From contig CAZSNS010000004.1 in assembly GCA_964608515.1 (NCBI GenBank), forward strand, positions 1,600 to 65,599: DNA of 64,000 nt, in the 5' to 3' direction. The number at the start of each line of letters is the position of its first letter. The stretch's first letter is position 1. Positions 29,033 through 38,679 of this stretch are shown here, in pieces. Under the pieces are notes generated by a model, which searched no databases, was not told where the DNA came from, and was given only the letters and a program-made list of their open reading frames with translations. The position numbers and the translations under genes were made by a program. The DNA comes from Candidatus Hadarchaeota archaeon. Lineage in GTDB: Archaea > Hadarchaeota > Hadarchaeia > Hadarchaeales > JAGGTB01.

Positions 29033-29422
29033 ATGCCGGTTAATCCGAAGGATTTTTTTGAGATTTCGCAAATGTTTACGGCCGAGATTGGTAGTGAGAT
29101 TTCTTATAGAACTGCTATAAACCGTGTTTACTATAGCTTGTTTCATCTTGTGAAAAACACTACTAAGGAGATTGAGGGTTACAAGTACAAAGGGAAGTCA
29201 AAAGATCATGGTATAACCATAGAGGCTGTAAAGGATATTTGCGGTAAAGACATAGCTGATGATTATCAAAGTTTATTTGAAGCAAGGAAAGACAGTGATT
29301 ACAATTTAGACAAAAAGATAGATGAATTAGAATATGATCATTGGAAACATAAATACAAAGAAATAAGTGAAAAATTTCGCAAGGAAGCGCCGGAATATGA
29401 GAAACTTGAGAAGTTCATTTAG
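29033..29422 (+). CDS. HEPN-domain protein
   Basis: Rx6H motif in TAINRVYYSLFH, in an alpha-helical context. It starts 11 bp after the preceding stop. Confidence 0.45.
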   Translation: MPVNPKDFFEISQMFTAEIGSEISYRTAINRVYYSLFHLVKNTTKEIEGYKYKGKSKDHGITIEAVKDICGKDIADDYQSLFEARKDSDYNLDKKIDELEYDHWKHKYKEISEKFRKEAPEYEKLEKFI

Positions 29423-29538
29423 GGATATAGTTTCTGCTGATGATGCTGACTTAAATATTCCACTTTTTTAACGTCACCAGATACATAAATTGATATGAAT
29501 TCTGGCTTCCGACCGATGTTCACAAAAACAAAAGCCGG

Positions 29539-29994
29539 ATGAGACATAAGTCTGATGAGGAAAAAACCGATATAGGAGACGAAGAGATAGATTTAAGAAT
29601 TGACTCAGTGGGAGCTAAAAACGAACTCAAAGAGTTGTTTAAAGAGAAAGAGTTCTACGACCCAGTAAGGGCGAAGGGGGCTTCCGAAGAGGTACAATCT
29701 TGGCCTAAAACGGTCAAGAAACATATGGAGGGATTGATTGGAGAGGAAGTTGATGGTGGTAGGATTGAAAAAAGCTCTACTGGAGGTTTAAATTTTTATC
29801 AGAGAAATTACTGTTCTACGGTCTGCGAAATGAAAAGGAAAGCGAAGAAGAAATGTGATGAAGAAGATGACGAGGCAGCCTGCGAAAAGAAAGAAACGCT
29901 TGGAAAGATTGAAGATGATCTTAACTGCAGTTGTCAAGTAAAGCCCCACCGTACTGAGTATTCCTCTCCAGAAAGATGGAATCGTCCTGCTTAA
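29539..29994 (+). CDS. hypothetical Cys-containing charged protein
   Basis: 151 aa. CSTVCEMK...CDEEDDEAACEK...CSCQ. Confidence 0.3.
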   Translation: MRHKSDEEKTDIGDEEIDLRIDSVGAKNELKELFKEKEFYDPVRAKGASEEVQSWPKTVKKHMEGLIGEEVDGGRIEKSSTGGLNFYQRNYCSTVCEMKRKAKKKCDEEDDEAACEKKETLGKIEDDLNCSCQVKPHRTEYSSPERWNRPA

Positions 29995-30164
29995 TTAACG
30001 GAGGTGAGCTTGTGGATATAGTAGAAGCGACTGGACAAGGTATAGGTGCCTTGATTTTAATTATTGTTTTTTTAAAGTATATTTTACCTGCTCTTTTGAG
30101 TATTTAATAAGTAAGGAGAGTATCTTATTAAGAAAAAGTAATAAATTTGAGAAATTACAAACGA

Positions 30165-30485
30165 TTATCCTAAATTTAGTTCATTTTTAATGTATTCTTC
30201 TACCTTTGGCATTTGTACTTTTAAAAAAATTTCGTCTAGCACATGCCCATAGATAAAATACAATTTGGTAAATCGATTTTCACCAGCAACAAAGACCAGC
30301 TTTATGCCTTTATTACTTAATTTTTTAAGCTCTTTTTCTTTGTTTTTTCCGATTCTTGAGTTAATTCTATCTATCTTTATGGCTATTTCGGGTCTTCTAT
30401 AATCTTTAAGAGCAAAATCAAAATATAAGCTATACCCTGCTAGTTGCCAGTGTTTAAAATATTCAATATTGTTTCGATCTAGCAT
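30165..30485 (-). CDS. small DUF559/Vsr-like (PD-(D/E)xK fold) endonuclease-like protein
   Basis: 106 aa. YSLYFDFAL...EIAIKIDR...KGIKLVFV parallels the YIVDF / IELDG / VLRF blocks of DUF559. Confidence 0.3.
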   Translation of the reverse strand: MLDRNNIEYFKHWQLAGYSLYFDFALKDYRRPEIAIKIDRINSRIGKNKEKELKKLSNKGIKLVFVAGENRFTKLYFIYGHVLDEIFLKVQMPKVEEYIKNELNLG

Positions 30486-30901
30486 TTTTTGGAGTTTCCA
30501 ACGGGGCAGACGAAAATTGCTTATTTTTGTCAGAAAAAACCCTCACTCAACAATTTGTAGTAAGTATTTGAAAAATTTATCAAAAGAGAGGGTTGTCGGT
30601 AAAATTCTAAAAAAATCAAAATTTTAGACTTATAATATTCAGACAAAATAAATAAAAGTCAGATTGTTAAAAGATGGTGAATCCGTCTTATGAAAATAAA
30701 AAAGGGTTAGAAACCTTGCTCGAGGACGGTACCCCAGATATTCTCGAACTCTTTTTGAAGTTAAAAGTATATTTTGGCAGCTTAGTTTTTAAACTCATTA
30801 AAAGATTATTAGTAGAGAATAACTCAACCGATATTTTACTTTCAGGCATCCCTCCCGAAAAGAGATAATTGTTGGAAACTTAATCGATTAAGAGGAGGTG
30901 A

Positions 30902-31198
30902 ATGATGGTATATTATTACATAAAGTGTGTCAACGAAGACGGAGATGGAAATATTGCATCGGTGGGGTATGGTAATGATTTGGACGATAAGATAAATAAG
31001 GATCTTAAGCCGAAAGAAGAGGTTATTTCCGATATTGACGAAGAGGGTCGTTTAGTGAAGACTGCATATTATTCCGATCAAAAGAGAGAATGGGTGACTG
31101 GTGATGAAGTTCACACAGTTGAGGGGGAGTACATAAGAACTGACGGGAACGATATTGAGTCCGATAACCTAGGCGAATTACAGAGTTGTCCGAGCTAA
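30902..31198 (+). CDS. hypothetical small protein
   Basis: 98 aa ORF with GGAGG 8 nt upstream. Confidence 0.3.
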   Translation: MMVYYYIKCVNEDGDGNIASVGYGNDLDDKINKDLKPKEEVISDIDEEGRLVKTAYYSDQKREWVTGDEVHTVEGEYIRTDGNDIESDNLGELQSCPS

Positions 31199-31609
31199 AT
31201 CTTATTGTGAAAGAGGAAAGTTCCATGCTGAATATTCCTAATTAGTCTAAGTAGGAGGTGATTGTTTGGATCGGAAAGTTAGAAAAGCACTTGAGATAAC
31301 GGCTGGTGTGGGTTCAATTGCAGGAACTATACTTTTTGTGGATGAATTTCTTGTTTCTGATTGAATAGTGTTTATAATCGTTACAGGGATATTATGAGTA
31401 GACTTAATTTTCTTGAAAAAAATGGAAAAATAAAAAAGGAAAAATATTACGAAGGTAAAGTTTGTTCTATTAGCTGTTCTATACCTAGCCGTGATAGTAT
31501 TTTTGTAATCATTGTGTTAAATCTAAGAATAAGTATATTTTAGAATTAAATCGGGTGGATTGAGACTTAACATATTAGAGGACTACATTAAAAGACTAAA
31601 TAATTGATT

Positions 31610-32803
31610 TTACAGTTTATTCAAAAGTGTATCGTAAATATCATCAATTGTGGCTTCTAGACCCCAAGCGAAGTTTGCAACTCTTCTGAAAATATCTGAA
31701 GTTATTCGAAATCTATTAGGTCTTCTAAAATTATGATTTAGGTTCTTTTCCCCCTCTACTTTTTCCCTAATCGACTCTAACTTCTCTGCATTTTCCGGTT
31801 TTCCTTCGGTTGGTTTTAATTCATCCATAACTCTTCCAGGAATCATGTTTGAGAAGGATATCCGGAAAATGTAGTCCCAATTTGACCTACCCATTGTGTC
31901 CTGATAAACTTCATTTAATACATTCATTAGTTTCTCTCTATTTTTTGTCAGTATATTAAGCAGTGCGTCTAATCCTCTCTGGTCAAGAAAATCTAGAGAT
32001 CTCTTAAGGAAAAATAATAAATCATCATGACTCAATGAATCCAGTTTATTACTTTGTTCGTAAATCAGCTGTAGCATTCTCGCTCCCTTGGAGAGAGTTA
32101 CAGCCCTATCTTTCATTTTCCAAACTAATGGTAGGAGTTCCTTTACTTCATTTTTGGTTATTTCTTCGTATTCTCCGTCAGAGTCGATTACACCATTATA
32201 TAATTTAGTTCTAATATTCCTTACCGATTCTCTAAAAGGAGAATTACCCACATAGAGGTTATAGATGAGATTGGATCTTTTAAACTCCCTTTCTAAGTCT
32301 TTTGTAGTCCAGAGCTCTACCTCGGGTTTTTCATCAGCTGTTTCTAAAAATGATTGGGTGGCACCCTTTGTATATAAATAGATTTTTCTATCAGCATCTT
32401 GTTGATGGAGTAATTCAAGTTGTGATATATCTTTTTGCATTGGCTTTCTTTTCACTCCGATCAGAATAGTTTCTGAATTATTATCACATTCGAGATCTAC
32501 GCCTTTTTCGTGTGATGGGTCGTTTTCGTGCCGCCATCTTACTTTATATCCTAGGCACTCAAAGTGTATTTTTAAGAGTGCGTGAATCTCTTTTTCCTGA
32601 AAATCGGTCCAAGGGATTTTTGTCTCTTCCCACTCTCTTAGCTCAGGCGGCAGAGATTCTTCCGAGTCCTCATCAAAATTTTCATTCATTTTTATAGGTC
32701 TATCTTCATTTGAGTAGGCTAATGATTTAACTGTAACTAAATAGATGAATAGAATAACTAAGATTTTTTTGATAAGAAAGAGAATTAAAAAACGAAATGT
32801 CAT
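31610..32803 (-). CDS. N-terminally membrane-anchored hypothetical protein with possible restriction-endonuclease-like core
   Basis: 397 aa. N-terminal TM helix. HFECLGYKVRW...KGVDLECDN...ETILIGVKRK resembles Mrr/NERD-like PD-(D/E)xK cores (weak). Confidence 0.3.
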   Translation of the reverse strand: MTFRFLILFLIKKILVILFIYLVTVKSLAYSNEDRPIKMNENFDEDSEESLPPELREWEETKIPWTDFQEKEIHALLKIHFECLGYKVRWRHENDPSHEKGVDLECDNNSETILIGVKRKPMQKDISQLELLHQQDADRKIYLYTKGATQSFLETADEKPEVELWTTKDLEREFKRSNLIYNLYVGNSPFRESVRNIRTKLYNGVIDSDGEYEEITKNEVKELLPLVWKMKDRAVTLSKGARMLQLIYEQSNKLDSLSHDDLLFFLKRSLDFLDQRGLDALLNILTKNREKLMNVLNEVYQDTMGRSNWDYIFRISFSNMIPGRVMDELKPTEGKPENAEKLESIREKVEGEKNLNHNFRRPNRFRITSDIFRRVANFAWGLEATIDDIYDTLLNKL

Positions 32804-33075
32804 TTAAAGTTGAATGTAGTTTCTGTGATGATTTTGAAGAAGAATACGAAGTTAGGGATGAAGCTAGGGAAGCGGGAAGAGAACACTTACTAGAGGAACA
32901 TGATTCGGAATTAAGAGAAAATTATCCTGGTTCGAGAGATAGATGTCAACAAGGATGTGGACACAAAATTGATGAAAACCTCATATGTAAAGGGCCGGAA
33001 AGACATGATAACATAAACTGGTATGCAGGGATATATGCTTCTATAGGAATGGTTGAGGAAGTTAAAGAAGGATGA
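32797..33075 (+). CDS. small Cys/His-rich putative metal-binding protein
   Basis: 92 aa. CSFCDD...HLLEEHD...CQQGCGHK...CKGPERHD. Confidence 0.3.
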   Translation: MSFKVECSFCDDFEEEYEVRDEAREAGREHLLEEHDSELRENYPGSRDRCQQGCGHKIDENLICKGPERHDNINWYAGIYASIGMVEEVKEG

Positions 33076-33416
33076 ATTATTGAAAGAGGCACTACGATTT
33101 AGTTATGAATTAGATTAAGTTATTGATTCCTTTGTTTGTGTTAAGATATGATTGGTTTTAGTATATAAATATAGATAAAGATTTGATAAAAGAAGCTTTC
33201 TTTTTACCATTTCGTATTCAACCTCTTGCAATAATAGATCCTATTTGTAATCGAGGATGCAATATATATAGATTTTCCGAGAAGTCTAAATGGAAATGTC
33301 GGGTTAGGTTGGATTTTTATTTAAGTGTTTATGGGGGCGAGGTAGTTAATATCGAATTTTAATATTGTTCGAAGGGGTACCAATCTCCTTTACCTCCTTT
33401 AGATAAAGATCTTAAA

Positions 33417-33722
33417 GTGGAAGATGAATGGATAAAAACTGATGGAAGTTTTCGGCCGACAAAATCACTCGGTGAGTTAAGGAACGCTAAAGTTTGTATA
33501 ACTGAGTATTTTGCCCCGAGTATTCACTGGGGTGGAATATGGGAGGATAAAAATTATGGGAATAGAATCGACTATGAACCGTTTGATTTGAATGTGGAAA
33601 TTGAACCTAAATCACCACGTAATAGAATTACACATACATATTTAGGGAAATTGGAACCCGGAGGTAAATTTAAACAAAGGAAGGGTTTGATTTCTTTTAG
33701 TTCTCCATTTAAAATATTATGA
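33417..33722 (+). CDS. hypothetical protein
   Basis: 101 aa ORF. Confidence 0.25.
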   Translation: MEDEWIKTDGSFRPTKSLGELRNAKVCITEYFAPSIHWGGIWEDKNYGNRIDYEPFDLNVEIEPKSPRNRITHTYLGKLEPGGKFKQRKGLISFSSPFKIL

Positions 33723-33872
33723 GTGATGTAGAATTGCTAGGATTAATAGCAGTATTTGCCGTAATATTTGGAATGATTTGTAATTGATGGAGTAATCAAT
33801 AATAGAGTCTGCTAGGATTTCCGATAATATTCCTTTAAACGATATATCGGCCGAATCGCCGGAGGGAATCTT

Positions 33873-34802
33873 TTGACTCCTTCTCGTTACAGTAAACAAG
33901 CAAGAAGCAAAGTTCTTAAGGAGGAATTTAATTATCTAGAATCGATGGATATACAATTAAAAGATTCAGAATTAATTACTGATACTGTTAGAAATGTTAA
34001 TGAAGATATTGGGAATATAGTATCTAACGCAGCGTGGGTACTTGATGGGGCTACTAGTCTTTCTGATAAAAATATAACTCCACTAAAAACAGAAGCAAAA
34101 TGGTATGTTGAAAAACTCAATCATTATTTTGAAAATCACATGATGGATAACTCAAGTAAAGAACTTTCTTCAATAGTTAAAGAGTCAATTAAGAAGACAC
34201 GATTAGAGTTCTTTGATTTTTTAGACAAAGAGATAGATGAAGTAGATGAACCAGCTGCTAGTTGTGCCATGGTTAGGTGGGAGAATAATATATTAGAGTA
34301 TTTCGTTCTATGTGACTGCACATTTGTTCTTTTTAGAAACGGAAAGGTGGTAAAAAAAATAACAGATGACAGAATCGACAAGTTCGAAGAAGAGATTAGA
34401 AAAAAAATTAAGCATTTGATTGAAGATAGGAGAATGTCTCTCACGAATGCTCGTAGAAAAGTTTTCCCAATAATCAAAAAAGTTCGGCGTTTAAGAAACG
34501 AGGCAGGGAATTATTGGGTTCTCAGTTTTGACCCAAAAGCTGTAGAAAAAGCAATTCATGATAAGATCGAACTAAAGAAGGGCGATGAAGTCTATCTTTT
34601 TACCGATGGATTTGGTCGTATAGTAGATAAATACTCAGAGTTTGAGGACTGGCAAGAGGCAATTGAATATATAAATAGCCAAGGAGGAGAAAAAGTTTTT
34701 TCTTTGCTTCGAAGAATAGAAAAAAATGATGTGGAAGGAGAAAAATACATTCGAACGAGGGCATCCGATGATGCCACCCTTTCTATTCTAAAGTTTGGTT
34801 AA
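33873..34802 (+). CDS. possible PP2C/SpoIIE-like (PPM-family) phosphatase-like protein
   Basis: 309 aa. WVLDGATS (DGxxG-like), YLFTDGFGR (DGxWD-like), ASDDATL (terminal DN/DD block). Their order matches PPM motifs but the match is weak. Confidence 0.3.
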   Translation: MTPSRYSKQARSKVLKEEFNYLESMDIQLKDSELITDTVRNVNEDIGNIVSNAAWVLDGATSLSDKNITPLKTEAKWYVEKLNHYFENHMMDNSSKELSSIVKESIKKTRLEFFDFLDKEIDEVDEPAASCAMVRWENNILEYFVLCDCTFVLFRNGKVVKKITDDRIDKFEEEIRKKIKHLIEDRRMSLTNARRKVFPIIKKVRRLRNEAGNYWVLSFDPKAVEKAIHDKIELKKGDEVYLFTDGFGRIVDKYSEFEDWQEAIEYINSQGGEKVFSLLRRIEKNDVEGEKYIRTRASDDATLSILKFG

Positions 34803-34845
34803 CTCACTTTAATTACAAAAATTTTAATTAAATTAGGAGGGTAGA

Positions 34846-35949
34846 ATGGGATTTAATGAAGATTTAGTTTTTGAAGAGGAGATTGAGAATCTAGAAATGA
34901 GTGACTCTGTAAATCATGAGGATATTGTTGATTTCCTTCAAAATTTGCCCGAACCAAGAAATATAGAATTTCAAGTAAATATAGCCAACTTAGTACAGAG
35001 AGTGTCTGAATCATCATTTTATCTTGAGAAAATATTAGAAGATGGCTTATCGAAAGATATTCGATTCAAGGCTTTTTATGCTCTTCAAACCTATTACAGA
35101 AGAAATAAGGATTTAAGTGACTTAGAAGAACTTTACAAAAATTATAGTCACATTTTTTCCGACCGAACCATGTACAAAGTCCTCCATTCCGTTCTTCTGC
35201 GTCTAAGAAATAAACCGGAGTCTATTTTCCAAGCAATTGAAGAACAGAGCGTTGTTTTAAACGAAATAAGTGATAATCCCGGTATATATCAAGCAAAAGC
35301 AAATACAATCGTACAAGCAATTGAAGATGGTATTATTTCCGATGATAGGCGGGATCAATATCTTAACGATGCAAAAAAAGCTATCAGAAATGCAATTAGT
35401 ATATGGCCGGATTACGGTAAGTATCATGTGACTCATGGACGGATTTTGAAATTAGAAGGAAAATATGAGGCTGCTCGTGAAGAAATTGAAAAGGGCATAG
35501 ACCTTGAAGAAGCTAATAAGGAAGATTATGCTATTAGAATTGCTAGTTTCCAACAGCACCTTTTAAAAGTTGATTTTGAGGAATACCATAATGAATTAGA
35601 AAAGCAAATTGATAGGGAAGAAAAAAGGGTTGAGAGTTTAAGTAAAGATTTGGATGATGCCTTGCAGGGTTTTCGAAAATCCAATCTACAATTTTTGGGC
35701 TTTTTCGCTGCTATTTTGGGTGGCGTGATAATAACAATGCAAGTAGCTACAAACTATCCAGCAATACAAGCTGGTCCTCTAATTCTAATAATATTTGGAG
35801 GGCTATCTACTTCTTTTGGCTTGTTTAGTTTGATTGTTCCGAGAAAAGAAGAAACAAATCTCGGTCTAAAAATAGTTGGTGTAGGAATACTAATACTATT
35901 ATTCGGATTCATTATTTTGTGGATTCATTATTTTTTTCTCAGTATATAA
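34846..35949 (+). CDS. TPR-like repeat protein with C-terminal polytopic membrane anchor
   Basis: 367 aa. Helical repeat region with W/Y-rich turns, then 3-4 TM helices. Confidence 0.35.
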   Translation: MGFNEDLVFEEEIENLEMSDSVNHEDIVDFLQNLPEPRNIEFQVNIANLVQRVSESSFYLEKILEDGLSKDIRFKAFYALQTYYRRNKDLSDLEELYKNYSHIFSDRTMYKVLHSVLLRLRNKPESIFQAIEEQSVVLNEISDNPGIYQAKANTIVQAIEDGIISDDRRDQYLNDAKKAIRNAISIWPDYGKYHVTHGRILKLEGKYEAAREEIEKGIDLEEANKEDYAIRIASFQQHLLKVDFEEYHNELEKQIDREEKRVESLSKDLDDALQGFRKSNLQFLGFFAAILGGVIITMQVATNYPAIQAGPLILIIFGGLSTSFGLFSLIVPRKEETNLGLKIVGVGILILLFGFIILWIHYFFLSI

Positions 35950-36304
35950 ATAGGGAATCTAATTAGTTTCAATCCGATAAATTTGCCTTTCGGGCTTCCG
36001 AAAATCGTGTTCCTAACTAAACAATGGCAATTTTATGGTTAAGAGATTTTGTAGGATTGCTGTTGCAAGATTTTATTCTCCTTCTAATTTTCGGAAATTC
36101 CAATCTTTTGGAATTTTCGGCAAGCTGATTGGATACTTTCTAGATAGGTAATATTGAGGAAGGGAAAATGAAGACTAAAAAACTGATATTTAAAACCCCC
36201 CGAAACCCTTTAATAAAATAAGTGATGAACTCTGCCTTGGCTCCACTCGTCTTCTTCCTCCCGTGCCAATGCTTTCTTTTTTCTCTCTTTGAAGGACTTC
36301 CAGC

Positions 36305-36589
36305 TCATCGTTTCTCTTTCACCTTGTTCCGCTTTAAATCGATAATGAGCTTCTCCACTCGTAACTCGAAAACGTTCCTCTTGGCTTCCGGATTGTAATC
36401 CTTTTCCACGATCTCTAGGTCGGACAATCTGTTCAATGATTTGTAGAAGCTAATCCTGTTCCCAAGCTCGTCACACTCCTCCCTCAGCTCCATTGCAGTT
36501 TTCGGACCATCCGCTAGGTGTTCCAAGAGCGCCCTGCTATCCTTTAAAGAGATTTCCTTCAGAAGCTTCTCCGTTTCCATTTTCCCCAA
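36305..36589 (-). CDS. small winged-helix transcriptional regulator
   Basis: 94 aa. LLEHLADGPKTAMELREECDELGNRISFYKSLNRLSDLEIVEK is typical of ArsR/TrmB-like wHTH. Confidence 0.45.
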   Translation of the reverse strand: MGKMETEKLLKEISLKDSRALLEHLADGPKTAMELREECDELGNRISFYKSLNRLSDLEIVEKDYNPEAKRNVFELRVEKLIIDLKRNKVKEKR

Positions 36590-36902
36590 TCAAGTGTCCA
36601 AACCCGAATTCAAATGGGCTTGTTGTCTGCCGGGAAACGAAAAAAAGCATAGAAAGAATCTATCTCAGTTGGAAAATATATTGAGGAAATAGAGTTCGTT
36701 TGAGGGCTGTGTTGCGGAAGGGTGAGGGAAAGGAGAAAGGGAAGGATGGAATCAGCATGTATGTCCGCAAAGTCCTAGTTCTTGTAGTTCGGAAGTTTCT
36801 CCGCCCGGTCTGAGAAAAACCTTTATTCCAAGAAGACGCTATTTACTACCGAGAGGGGTTGAAGGCTCTAGAAGGGAGATTCGAACCCGTTCGTAAGGCT
36901 TT

Positions 36903-36929
36903 CCCGCCGCCCCATCGCACAAAAGGTTC
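36903..36929 (+). repeat. direct repeat DR2 (copy of tRNA-Pro 3' end plus trailer); putative attR
   Basis: CCCGCCGCCCCATCGCACAAAAGGTTC versus DR1: 26/27 identical. There is no tRNA body upstream. Confidence 0.8.
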
Positions 36930-37078
36930 TAAACTTGTGTGAAGAGAAAAACCCATTTACCACTTTTTTCGATTTTACTTCTTAAGATACAAAGCTAAAG
37001 GGATTGGAAACAGTATATCTTGAGAACCTGGTTCAACCTTATTCTCATCAAAAAATTGCTTAAACAAAAGAATGTTTT

Positions 37079-37663
37079 TCAAGATTTTTCGAGAGACTTT
37101 CTTATTTTCTTCAATTCTTTCAAAATTTCGGGTTGGAGACCTTCCTCGCTCTCTTCGGTTGCTGTGGTGTAGGGTCCTGTTTCTCGCTTTTTGACTTGGT
37201 TTAGAATAGTTTCTTTGATCTCTTCGTAGTTCTGCACGCAAAATATTTCTGCTTCGGGCAAGGATCTTTGCCCTGAGTGTCCGGCTGTTTCGATCTTGTC
37301 TTTGCCGAGCCCGAAGAACCGGTATATCGGTCCTTGTTCCACTGTCACGTTCATTATGAGTCTATAAGGCACGTTTTGAGATTTTTTGAACCATACACCT
37401 TTTTTGACTATTACTCTGTCTTCGGTCAGTTTGAATGAGATTGAAGAATAAAACTTCGAAATCCAGTAGAGGATGAAAATTGAAGGAGGTAAGAATCCAA
37501 GCCAAGTAAGACCTGTACCGAGAACAGCTTGTTCTCTGGGGAAGAAAAGAAGAAGTATAACTGTAATGAAGAGAGGAATCAACAAGATAAATCCGACATA
37601 GACCCGATAGTAGGTCTTCATACTCGGATCAGGTTTAAACGACTCATTTACTTCTACGGTCAT
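37079..37663 (-). CDS. bacterial-PH-like (YdbS/YdbT, DUF304-type) membrane protein
   Basis: 194 aa. Two N-terminal TM helices then a PH-like domain (VIVKKGVWFKKSQNVPYRLIMNVTVEQGP). Confidence 0.45.
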   Translation of the reverse strand: MTVEVNESFKPDPSMKTYYRVYVGFILLIPLFITVILLLFFPREQAVLGTGLTWLGFLPPSIFILYWISKFYSSISFKLTEDRVIVKKGVWFKKSQNVPYRLIMNVTVEQGPIYRFFGLGKDKIETAGHSGQRSLPEAEIFCVQNYEEIKETILNQVKKRETGPYTTATEESEEGLQPEILKELKKIRKSLEKS

Positions 37664-37824
37664 AAGACTCCCCCGAAACGATTATAGACTTCATATCTTT
37701 TTCAATACGAACGATTTATAAATTCTAGTAAAATCTGAGTTCTCATCTGACTTGTTACTAATAAAGCGAATTTAATCCGCAGACGGTCTCTTAAGAATAC
37801 GTTAAGAACTTTTCGTTCCATTCT

Positions 37825-37846
37825 CCACCCCATCGCACCAAAGGTT
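37825..37846 (+). repeat. direct repeat DR3 (partial third copy of tRNA-Pro 3' end/trailer)
   Basis: CCACCCCATCGCACCAAAGGTT. 19 bp are identical to 17282-17300, including the CACC found in DR1 but not DR2. Confidence 0.75.
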
Positions 37847-38679
37847 TGAGGAATTTCCAATTTTTCAATGTTTGAAAAAGAACAGTTAATGTGACCTGTT
37901 GAAAAGGTATAGCTAGGGTCGGTAAGAATATTTTTGGGGATTATACCCATTTCAATCCTAGGTCTGTCGATGATGGGTGAGTTCTGCTTCTGGCTTTTGA
38001 AGGTGTTTTCTTTTCCGGCTTCTCATTTACTAAATCTCGGTGATCTTCGCACCACCACATGCCGTGCATAAGAAACGCAGCTTCTTTGCCACATATACAA
38101 CACTTTGCCAAACTCAGCACCTCGGTCCAGCCGTCCTTTCACTACAGTTGGAGGGTATTAAAAATCTTCGGCTTTATAAATTAAGACTCCAAATTTTTAT
38201 CTTCAATTCGACTATTAGGCTCCTAAAAACGAGATTATAAACATTCAAGGAAAATTTGGAATTATTTTAATTCTAATAATTCATTTCGCTACAACATTTC
38301 AACATGATTGCTAAGATAAAACATCGAACTTACTGCGAGTTATTTCTCTTCTTCCCCAAAAACCCGAATCAAATTACAAGAACAATTTAATTCCGACATA
38401 CCACTTTATCAATCTCGAAAAACCACTTCTAAGGATTTTAATAACCATTCAAATCTCGATTTATCATTACCAAATTCTGAAAGCTCTCACTTTCAAAAGA
38501 AGATAGAAAGACAAAGCAAAACCTTTCTAAAACAAAAATTAGAAAGAGACGAGAAAAAATTGTTAGAACAACAAAACAAAAGTATTCAAACCCGAAAAAT
38601 ACCTTCCTTATACCTAAATACTAAAATTCCTCCCAAAATAAATTCCAGAAAAAAGACCAAACACAAAGAGGAAAACAAT

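Larger units (their letters stand above)
17287..36929. mobile_element. putative tRNA-Pro-integrated genomic island (~19.6 kb), no recognisable integrase
   Basis: Bounded by an intact tRNA and a direct repeat of its 3' end. Content is almost entirely hypothetical or defence-like genes. wHTH regulators and an ImmA-like peptidase sit at the edge. Confidence 0.45.
36930..37846. mobile_element. short secondary segment between DR2 and DR3 (possible remnant of a second integration)
   Basis: Bounded by DR2 and the partial repeat DR3. Its single gene is a bPH_2 membrane protein. Confidence 0.3.

Noticed and set aside
29423-29538. UGAUGA/CUGA words after the HEPN gene, suggestive of a C/D-box sRNA
   Set aside because: C and D boxes are directly adjacent (no guide region) and there is no terminal stem. 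This is not a credible C/D RNA.
36861-36902. T-loop-like motif GGGAGATTCGAACCCG immediately upstream of DR2, suggesting an inverted tRNA fragment
   Set aside because: No cloverleaf could be folded on either strand. It is likely a chance match or a heavily degraded fragment. Only the 27-bp repeat is robust.
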